From Cyanobacteriota bacterium (GTDB lineage: Bacteria > Cyanobacteriota > Cyanobacteriia > JARCMD01), in assembly GCA_038326735.1 (NCBI GenBank), contig JBBQKH010000007.1, positions 2,937 to 66,936 on the forward strand: DNA of 64,000 nucleotides, written 5' to 3'. Every line of letters begins with the position of its first letter. The first letter of the stretch is position 1. Below are positions 56,721 through 64,000 of this stretch, in pieces. Under the pieces are notes generated by a model. The model saw only the letters and a program-made list of their open reading frames with translations, did not search any database and had not been told where the DNA came from. The position numbers and the translations under genes are program-made.

Positions 56721-56825
56721 TAGTCTGTCAATCATTAATTGACGGGTAGCTGAAAGCCGGGAGGTTAGTTGGAGTTAAATTTTGAGGGTCTTCGACCCCT
56801 CAAAATTTTCTTGACAGAACACTAG
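56717..56825 (-). mobile_element. MITE type 2, copy 3 (head-to-tail with copy 2, sharing CTAG)
   Basis: This second near-identical unit starts at the ctag that ends copy 2. It differs from copy 2 by a few substitutions (gctcggaagt versus gccgggaggt). Confidence 0.8.
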
Positions 56826-57212
56826 TAATTGAACAAACTTTGGGCAGGAAACTGCGGAGTTGCACTCTTTTTAGTCCTGATAGGGAACTCTTAGGCAGGG
56901 CACTATTATTTTGGATTTGGCTTTTAGACTACAACAATATTTATTGCTCCTATGTGATATCTAATATGATGTGTCATTAGATGACTCTATTTGGAGTAAT
57001 CTATTCCTACAATTAAATAATAGATCTGCGAAGCCATAGATCTGCGACATAGGATGCAGCGCTAACTACTACGTGTAGTTTGATACCTCATAGTTTTTCC
57101 TCGATTCCTGACGTTACTTATTCATAGCTGTATATTTCAATATTTCGTAGCGCCTTTGGCGAGGCAAATCGTGCAAGTTGCTGCTCAATAACTCTCCCTG
57201 ATTGAGATAAAA

Positions 57213-58496
57213 ATGAATGAAGTTACTAGTCGTCGGGCATCTCCTATGGTGAGTCAAGGAGCCTCCCCTAAGTCGCGTCCTCTCAATTCCCTCGCTCAAT
57301 TGGCGAATTCCTCGGCGAATGGGTGCCTACAAGTATCAGACGGCTCAATTACTTGGGTCGTGATGCTGGAGAATGGAAAAATTACCTATGCATCTCACTC
57401 AGTAGATCCCTTCGATCGAATTGATAACCATCTGCGTCGTCTCAGTCATCAAATTTCTACACTGGACAATGAGACTCGATCCAAACTGCGCCCGATGTTT
57501 GAGCGTTCCAAGGATAGTGCATCGGGGAGCCAAGACTATCGAGCAATTTGTTGGTTGGTTAATGAGCGTTATCTCAATCCGGTGGAAGCCGCTTCTCTGA
57601 TCGAGCATTTGGTCAATGAAGTGATGGAATCCTTTGTGCTGCTTAAGGAGGGAAAGACTGAATTTCTCGATCAACTGGAAGAGTTGCCCACATTCTGTCG
57701 TTTTGATTTGCCAGTGGTTGTAGATGCCTGCCGTAAACGGCTGCAAAGTTGGCAGGCGCTGGGTCCACAGATTTACTCTCCCTATCAGCGTCCTTACCTG
57801 GCGAGCCAAACTCAGGCACAGCAGAAGTTGACACCGGAGATGCAGCGTAAGTTAGGAGCGGTTTTAAAGGGCTTTAGTTTTCGCCACCTGGCTACCTTGA
57901 TGAATCAGGATGAAATCAAGCTGGCGCAGAGTCTACGGCGATACATCACAGACGGAACGATCGTCCTGCGTGAACCCAAGCCTCCCTTCGATCTCCTGCC
58001 TAAGGTTCCTGCTCCTGTGTCAAGGACTGTGCAAAAGCAACCCGAACCTGCGACATCTCCAGCACACAGCAATACAATTATCCAGACTTCGTCAACCGTG
58101 CTTCAGGCTCCCAGTGAGGAAACCAGCAAACGCACTCATACGATCGCTTGTATCGATGATAGCCCGACGATTCTCAATGAAATGAAGCGGTTTTTAGATG
58201 ACGAGAATTTCACAGTGGTGGCCATTAATGATCCGCTTAAGGCTTTGATTCAAGTCATTCGCTTAAAGCCCGATCTGATTTTGCTGGATATTGGGATGCC
58301 CAATATTGATGGCTACAAACTCTGTCGCTTACTCCGAAACCACTCTTTGTTTGGTACGACTCCGATCGTGATGGTGACAGGAAACACAGGAATTATCGAT
58401 CGGGCAAAAGCTAAGTTTGCAGGGGCATCCGACTACATGACCAAGCCGTTTTCCAAGTCAGAATTGTTGAAAGTTGTCTTTAAACACCTAGCTTAA
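57213..58496 (+). CDS. PatA-type response regulator (PATAN/DUF4388 N-terminal domain plus C-terminal REC), PilG/HmpA/PixG-like
   Basis: The N-terminus has NGCLQVSDGSITWVVMLENGKITYASHSVDPFDRI (PATAN-like). The C-terminal REC is TIACIDDSPTILNEM...DLILLDIGMPNIDGYKLC...MVTG...YMTKPF. Confidence 0.75.
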   Translation: MNEVTSRRASPMVSQGASPKSRPLNSLAQLANSSANGCLQVSDGSITWVVMLENGKITYASHSVDPFDRIDNHLRRLSHQISTLDNETRSKLRPMFERSKDSASGSQDYRAICWLVNERYLNPVEAASLIEHLVNEVMESFVLLKEGKTEFLDQLEELPTFCRFDLPVVVDACRKRLQSWQALGPQIYSPYQRPYLASQTQAQQKLTPEMQRKLGAVLKGFSFRHLATLMNQDEIKLAQSLRRYITDGTIVLREPKPPFDLLPKVPAPVSRTVQKQPEPATSPAHSNTIIQTSSTVLQAPSEETSKRTHTIACIDDSPTILNEMKRFLDDENFTVVAINDPLKALIQVIRLKPDLILLDIGMPNIDGYKLCRLLRNHSLFGTTPIVMVTGNTGIIDRAKAKFAGASDYMTKPFSKSELLKVVFKHLA

Positions 58497-58670
58497 TGAA
58501 TACTTAACTTAATGCGGATGCTAACTGGTTTTGCTAACGCTTCAAGCCACTGAAGTTCTTCTTTCAGATTCATTCATTACTTCGTCTAGTTCAACAGTGC
58601 TATCGATTAATATCAACTAATGCTTGAATCAATCACCGTGACATCTACAGTGTATTAAGGATAACAACAC

Positions 58671-59033
58671 GTGAATACAGTTTTAGTTGTAGACGATACC
58701 CCCTCCCAACTGGAGTTAGTCAGTAAATATCTGCGAGATAGTGGCTACTCTGTGATTATCGCCAGTGATGCAAAAGATGGTTTGAATAAAGCTTTGGAGT
58801 ATAAACCTGATTTAGTAATTACAGATGTTGTGATGCCAGGAATGAGTGGGTTTGAATTGTGCCGTTCCCTCAAGAAGAATCCTGACACAGAGAAGTTGCC
58901 GATCATTATTTGTTCTTCCAAGAATCAAGAACTCGATCGTTTATGGGCCTTAAAACAGGGGGCGGATGCTTACGTTACGAAGCCGTTCACACGGGAGCAA
59001 TTGATTCGTGCGGTTAAGTCTGTTGTTGCTTAA
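58671..59033 (+). CDS. CheY-like single-domain response regulator (PilH/HmpB-like)
   Basis: VLVVDDTPSQLE...PDLVITDVVMPGMSGFELC...PIIICSSK...GADAYVTKPF. GTG start. Confidence 0.85.
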   Translation: MNTVLVVDDTPSQLELVSKYLRDSGYSVIIASDAKDGLNKALEYKPDLVITDVVMPGMSGFELCRSLKKNPDTEKLPIIICSSKNQELDRLWALKQGADAYVTKPFTREQLIRAVKSVVA

Positions 59034-59072
59034 ATGATTTCTCCTGAATCGTCAACCCAGTAATTGTCTGTA

Positions 59073-59576
59073 ATGATTGATACTTTAACTCTTACCCTAC
59101 CCGATCTTAGTCGTCCTCAGAAGGTTCAAGGGGATGCGTATCTAAGATTACAACTGGATACCCAGGTTTCTGCTGTACTACCCCTAGGCTACGTACAGGA
59201 GGTGCTAGTTTTAGCTTCACAAAATCTAACTCCCATCCCCAATATGCCAACCTGTGTCTTGGGTTTGCTCAATCGCCGTAGCCGAGTATTTTGGTTGGTC
59301 GATTTAGCACGGATGGTGGGCTTGCCTCCCCTTGATCCCAGCGTGGCGCAGCACAATATCATTGTCGTTCGAGTCGGATCGGCCCCTCTCGCCCTATCCA
59401 TTCAAGAGGTTAAAGGGGTTGTGCGGTTTCCCGCTGACTCCACCCAATCTGCGGATGGCTTAATTGATGCGGCTCTAGTGCCCTATTTGCGGGGATGCAT
59501 CCTTCAGCCATCAGAAAACTTGTTGGTATTAGATGCGGAGGCGATCGTTCGTTCTCCAGATCTACAAGGTCACTAA
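59073..59576 (+). CDS. CheW-like coupling protein (PilI/HmpC-like)
   Basis: YLRLQLDTQVSAVLPLGYVQEVLVL...IPNMPTCVLGLLNRRSRVFWLVDLARMVGL is a CheW fold pattern. I preferred the ATG at 59073 over the TTG at 59064. Confidence 0.75.
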   Translation: MIDTLTLTLPDLSRPQKVQGDAYLRLQLDTQVSAVLPLGYVQEVLVLASQNLTPIPNMPTCVLGLLNRRSRVFWLVDLARMVGLPPLDPSVAQHNIIVVRVGSAPLALSIQEVKGVVRFPADSTQSADGLIDAALVPYLRGCILQPSENLLVLDAEAIVRSPDLQGH

Positions 59577-59707
59577 CTTTCGTGTCGCCAGGAATTTTGC
59601 CAGCTTGGATTTTGACTTATTTTCCGAAAAATTTATCTATTACATTATTTACTACCACAATTTATCAATTTATTGTCCCTTCTCTATCGTATTGAGGCAC
59701 TTGCGCT

Positions 59708-62617
59708 ATGGCTACTCAGAATGATGCACCGAATCAGGGCAATCCTCGCAATCAGCCCCAATCCGGTTCACCGCGACCCACCCCATCAACGAATAGCCTT
59801 CCTCAAAATGGTGCGGTGAGCAAAACTGCGGTTCAGGCTCCTGCTCCTCCGGTTGTCTCTCGTCAGCCAGAGGTGGTAGGGATGCAGGAATCAGCCCCAG
59901 AATCGATCGACTCAGTGATGAGACAGCGAACCCCCAAGATGCTGCCATCCCGCTCGACTCAGAAGCGAGTGGCAACGAAGAGTCTGCGAAACCAGGCGAT
60001 CGCAGTGGCAGTGATGCTGGGCGTGATTCCTGTTGTTCTAACTGGGTTAGGCGCTTACGTTGGAGCTGAGCGTTCGATTAAAGATCAGATTAAGGAAACA
60101 AAGGCGCAAAAAGCCTCGGAATTGGGGGATACGGTCAATCGCTTCATTGCGGCTCGGTATGGAGATATACGCGTTCTATCAGTTTTGCCAATTCTCACTG
60201 ACCCTAAGTTACGGGCCCAGACTACATCCTTCCAAAAACAAACGGTACTAGATAGCTATGTTGAGGCTTATAAGGTCTACAGTGGCATCGGAGTTTTTGA
60301 TCTGGATGGGAATGTCATTACTCAATCCCAGGGCGCTACGTTGGAAAATCCCAAGGATAAGAGCTATTTCCAGGAGGTTCTTAAAACTAACCGCCCGGTC
60401 ATTAGTGCGCCAGAAAAGTCCAAGTCGGGCATTTTGAGCCTTTACTTTGCGGCTCCCATTAAAGATCAATACACGGGGAAGACGATCGCGGTAATTCGAT
60501 CGCGGCTCCCCATTGATCCCCTCAATGAGATCGTCAGAACCTATGGGTCAAACTCAGACCAATACTATCTGGTTGACTCTGCGGGTAAATTCGTTCTCGC
60601 TAGCGATCCTAAACAGATCGACATGATTGCTGCTGAGACCTTTCCTGGCTTTGCCAGGTTGAATGAGGACGGAGTCAAGGTTTCTGCGGAATTTAACAAC
60701 AACTTGGTCAGCTATTCGCCGGTTCGTCCTGTGCCAGATGTACCCAATTTAAATTGGGATGTCCTGATCTCCACGAACCGGGATGCTGCTTTTGCTCCTC
60801 TGGGGTGGATTCGCACCATTTTCATCGTGAGTTCCCTTGTCGTTGCTGGACTGGTTGCTGCCATTGCCGCATACTTGGCGAACCAATCAACGCGCCCCAT
60901 TATTAACGCTGCGAATGCAGTGCAAAAACTGGGAGAGGGAGACTTGGACACCCGACTTAATATCGTTGGGGAGGATGAAATGTCCCTTCTCGGTTCCAAT
61001 ATCAATCTCATGGCTGACCAAATTCAGATGTTGATGGGTGAACAGGAATTGGAGGCAAAACGGGCCCAATTGTTGACAGATATCACGCTTAAAATTCGGC
61101 AGTTTCTCAATCCAGAATATATTCTCAAGACGGCTGCTAAGGAACTCCAACAGACCTTAAAGATCGATCGCGTTGCAGTTTATCGCCTGGATCAGCAGAC
61201 AGGTCTTGGCACGGTTGTGGTTGAGTCAGTGTTGCCAAACTTACCGCAAATGCTGGGGGCAAAGGTGGACAACCCTGCCTTCAGGGAAAAACACATTGAA
61301 CACTATAGAAACGGCAAGATTCGGGCGATCGATGACATTCGCCAAGACCAAGATGCCAGCGACACCCATGCCCGTTGGCTAGAGCAGTACGCCGTAAGGT
61401 CTGTTCTTGTCGCTCCCATTCGGGTCAGGAATCAACTCTTCGGTCTGCTAGTGGGGCATCAATGCTCCCAGCCTCGTCCTTGGCAGTCCTCTGAAATCAA
61501 TGTCTTTACCCAACTGGCAACCCAGGTCGGGATTGCCCTCGACCAAGCAAACCTGTTGGAGCAATTGGAAAAAGCGCGGCAACAAGCCGAAGTGATCTCC
61601 CAGGAGCAGCGAGAGCAGAAAGAAACCCTGCAATTGCAACTGGTGGATCTGCTGAGCGACATTGAAGAAGCGTCTAGAGGAGACTTGACGGTGCGTGCTG
61701 ATGTCACCGTGGGGGAAATTGGCACCGTTGCCGACTTCTTTAACGCCATTATCGAAAGCTTGAGACAGATCGTGATTCAGGTGAAAGAAGCCGCCACCCA
61801 GGTGAACGTCTCTCTGGGAGAAAACGAAGGTTCGATCCGCATCCTGGCTGACGAGGCGATGGCTCAAGCCGAGGAAATCACTCGCACCTTAGATTCCGTA
61901 GAAGCGATGACCGTATCGATTCAAGAGGTGGCAGGGAGCGCTCGACAGGCGGCAGAGGTGGCTCGAACTGCTTCCACTACTGCTGAAGCTAGCGGGATTG
62001 CTATGGATCGTACAGTGGTGAGTATTTTGAACCTGCGAGAAACGGTGGCTGAAACGGCGAAGAAAGTGAAGCGGTTGGGGGAATCGTCTCAACAAATTTC
62101 TAAGGTAATTTCGCTGATCAACCAGATTGCGCTGCAAACGAACCTGCTGGCAATTAACGCCAGTATTGAGGCAGCCCGTGCAGGTGAAGAAGGTCGTGGC
62201 TTCGCGGTGGTTGCCGAAGAAGTGGGTCAACTGGCGGCCCAATCTGCGGCAGCTACGAAGGAAATTGAGCAGATTGTGGAAAATATCCAGTTGGGTACGA
62301 GTGAGGTGGTGGGGGCAATGGAACTAGGCACCACCCAGGTGGTGGAAGGAACCCGGTTACTGGAGGAAGCGAAGAACAGCTTGGGGCATATTGTGGAAGT
62401 GTCAAAACAGATTGATGACTTGGTGCAGTCGATTTCCAGCGCTACGGTGTCGCAGGCGCAAACGTCTCAAGCGGTAACGAGTCTGATGAAGGAGATCGCT
62501 AAATCGTCCGAACGTACCTCTGCTTCTTCCCGACGGGTCTCAGGAGCGCTGAAACAGACGGTGGAAGTGGCGCAACAGCTACAGGCTTCTGTGGGTGTGT
62601 TTAAGGTTGGAGCCTAA
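59708..62617 (+). CDS. methyl-accepting chemotaxis protein (PilJ/HmpD-like) with a Cache-like ectodomain, HAMP, a GAF domain and an MA domain
   Basis: Two TM segments bracket an ectodomain of about 280 aa. HAMP is [22 protein letters not shown]...[19 protein letters not shown] is [25 protein letters not shown]...[17 protein letters not shown]. The signalling hairpin is [39 protein letters not shown]. Confidence 0.85.
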   Translation: MATQNDAPNQGNPRNQPQSGSPRPTPSTNSLPQNGAVSKTAVQAPAPPVVSRQPEVVGMQESAPESIDSVMRQRTPKMLPSRSTQKRVATKSLRNQAIAVAVMLGVIPVVLTGLGAYVGAERSIKDQIKETKAQKASELGDTVNRFIAARYGDIRVLSVLPILTDPKLRAQTTSFQKQTVLDSYVEAYKVYSGIGVFDLDGNVITQSQGATLENPKDKSYFQEVLKTNRPVISAPEKSKSGILSLYFAAPIKDQYTGKTIAVIRSRLPIDPLNEIVRTYGSNSDQYYLVDSAGKFVLASDPKQIDMIAAETFPGFARLNEDGVKVSAEFNNNLVSYSPVRPVPDVPNLNWDVLISTNRDAAFAPLGWIRTIFIVSSLVVAGLVAAIAAYLANQSTRPIINAANAVQKLGEGDLDTRLNIVGEDEMSLLGSNINLMADQIQMLMGEQELEAKRAQLLTDITLKIRQFLNPEYILKTAAKELQQTLKIDRVAVYRLDQQTGLGTVVVESVLPNLPQMLGAKVDNPAFREKHIEHYRNGKIRAIDDIRQDQDASDTHARWLEQYAVRSVLVAPIRVRNQLFGLLVGHQCSQPRPWQSSEINVFTQLATQVGIALDQANLLEQLEKARQQAEVISQEQREQKETLQLQLVDLLSDIEEASRGDLTVRADVTVGEIGTVADFFNAIIESLRQIVIQVKEAATQVNVSLGENEGSIRILADEAMAQAEEITRTLDSVEAMTVSIQEVAGSARQAAEVARTASTTAEASGIAMDRTVVSILNLRETVAETAKKVKRLGESSQQISKVISLINQIALQTNLLAINASIEAARAGEEGRGFAVVAEEVGQLAAQSAAATKEIEQIVENIQLGTSEVVGAMELGTTQVVEGTRLLEEAKNSLGHIVEVSKQIDDLVQSISSATVSQAQTSQAVTSLMKEIAKSSERTSASSRRVSGALKQTVEVAQQLQASVGVFKVGA

Positions 62618-62805
62618 AAATCAGGGAGCGAGAATTTAGAAATTGGGGTTGGTTATACCAATTCTCTAGAGGACTGTTCTCTAGAGGACTGTGTAGAACA
62701 AGGGGCTTAAGCCTCTTGTCTGACTAAATCGCTTAGCTAAAACTTGAAACCTGAAAGCTGTCTGCGCAAGATTATTCCTGTTATTTCGTCACTCCCCAGA
62801 GCTAT

Positions 62806-64000
62806 ATGTCCCAGGAAAGAGAACAAGAAATTCGGCTCCAGTTTTTAGAGGAAGCTCAAGAGTACCTGGATACGATCGAGTCGGTGCTTCTGGAAATTGG
62901 CACATCTTGCACAGATAGCCAAATGGATGGAGCGCTGCGGGCGGCCCACTCGGTCAAGGGAGGCGCGGCGATGATGGGGTTTGAAACCCTGAGTAGCCTA
63001 GCTCACCGCTTTGAAGATTTTTTCAAGGTTCTGAAGTCTAAACGCCGATCGCTCACCATTGATGCAGAGCTAGAGGGAGACTTACTTTCGGGGTTAGATT
63101 GCCTCAGTTATGTGGTCGGGCTGAATCGCCAAGGCACGACGGCTGATGATGCTTGGATAGAGAGCCATGCCAACCCCATTTTTAGCCGCCTGTCCGATCG
63201 CCTGGGTGAGCCTGATGTGGAAGCGATGGCGCTTTCAACTGACCCCGAAGATGGGTTAGACATGGTGACCCAACTGTTTGAAAGCGAGGTTGAGGGTAGC
63301 CTGCAACGCTTAGAGGACATTTTCGCCAGTTCCGATCAGCCGTGCTTGCTAGAGGAAGTGTCAATAACGGCGCAGGAGTTGGGTGGCTTGGGCGAGATGC
63401 TGGAGTTGCCCGCGTTCAGCGCGTTGTGTGAGTCGATCGTTCAGGCGATCGCAGCGGCTCCAGAGCAAATTCAGACGATCGCAGCAGCAGCCCTACAAAC
63501 ATGGCGCAGATCCCAGGCTTTGATTCTCATTGGTCAGATGGATATTCTGCCCACTCAGCTTGACTGGGCGGGGATCACTACTGGATCAGCAGTTGTGTCT
63601 GAGGTGGTTGAATCTGATGCTGCATTGCTTGATTTGGCAGACGAAGGACTGGTGATCCCAGCGGATGATGTGACCGTGAGTGGAGCGTTTGCAGATGCAG
63701 GTCTGGAGTTTGCAAATGTTGAAATCGAGGAGCCGATCGAGGAGCCGATCGCAGACTTTGCTCACACAGACTTTGCCAATGTAGACCTTGCCGACACAGA
63801 CTTTGCCAATGCAGACTTTGGCAACCTAGATCTGATGGACGATCTCGCCCTAGAGAATTTTGCTGCCAACTTAGCAGCAGAGGGGTTTGATGCAGCAGAC
63901 TTCAACCTCAATGCAGACTTGGTGCCTGCCGATGCCTTCCCTGACTTGCTGTTGGAAGATGGCTTCGCTACGGAGACCCCTGCCTCAGAATTACCACCAG
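62806..64000 (+). CDS. CheA-like histidine kinase, N-terminal Hpt region, partial (continues beyond the window)
   Basis: Absent from the track because it is open-ended. ATG at 62806 gives MSQEREQEIRLQFLEEAQEYLDTIESVLL...ALRAAHSVKGGAAMMGFETLSSLAHRFEDFF (Hpt with phospho-His in HSVKGG). I translated by hand to position 64000 and found no stop. An acidic D(F/L)(A/G)(N/H/D)xD repeat tract lies near the end. Confidence 0.8.
   Translation, partial: MSQEREQEIRLQFLEEAQEYLDTIESVLLEIGTSCTDSQMDGALRAAHSVKGGAAMMGFETLSSLAHRFEDFFKVLKSKRRSLTIDAELEGDLLSGLDCLSYVVGLNRQGTTADDAWIESHANPIFSRLSDRLGEPDVEAMALSTDPEDGLDMVTQLFESEVEGSLQRLEDIFASSDQPCLLEEVSITAQELGGLGEMLELPAFSALCESIVQAIAAAPEQIQTIAAAALQTWRRSQALILIGQMDILPTQLDWAGITTGSAVVSEVVESDAALLDLADEGLVIPADDVTVSGAFADAGLEFANVEIEEPIEEPIADFAHTDFANVDLADTDFANADFGNLDLMDDLALENFAANLAAEGFDAADFNLNADLVPADAFPDLLLEDGFATETPASELPP

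Noticed and set aside
61100-61600. MCP GAF domain as a cyanobacteriochrome photosensor (which would make the operon a phototaxis Pix/Ptx system)
   Set aside because: The position of the canonical bilin-binding Cys (SPCH) reads SDTH, and I see no DXCF-type second Cys. I therefore did not call it a photoreceptor.

Overview
Cyanobacterial chromosomal DNA. Markers are psaA-psaB, a Rubisco activase with an RbcS-like tail, a group-2 sigma factor, Tic20, and frequent HIP1-type GCGATCGC/CGATCG palindromes. Housekeeping genes (rpsF, hppD, SRP RNA, tRNA-Gly) are interspersed with accessory blocks. (1) A nine-gene minus-strand polysaccharide locus at 16.2-26.9 kb holds a Wzc-like tyrosine autokinase, a Wzt-like ABC ATPase, an acyltransferase, three methyltransferases and three glycosyltransferases. 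(2) A compact module at 40.9-45.9 kb holds a HlyD-like adaptor, a PilZ-bearing BcsA-like GT2 synthase and a GH10 lipoprotein. This module lies between the two complementary, oppositely oriented halves of one decayed IS, next to tRNA-Gly. (3) A Pil/Hmp-type chemotaxis-like operon at 57.2-64.0 kb encodes a PATAN-REC regulator, CheY, CheW, an MCP with a cysteine-less GAF domain, and a CheA Hpt start. (4) The window also holds a Tat-signal pseudo-orthocaspase (Tyr/Ser in place of His/Cys), three Uma2 nuclease paralogs and a highly repetitive TPR gene. Intergenic DNA is heavily colonised by small repeats: a MITE family whose termini match the decayed IS, including one nested MITE-in-MITE insertion with a 9-bp target duplication; a second 110-bp MITE in three copies; heptamer arrays; and palindromic elements. 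I found no CRISPR array, rRNA or prophage. All functional calls rest on motif reading by eye; no database search was run.
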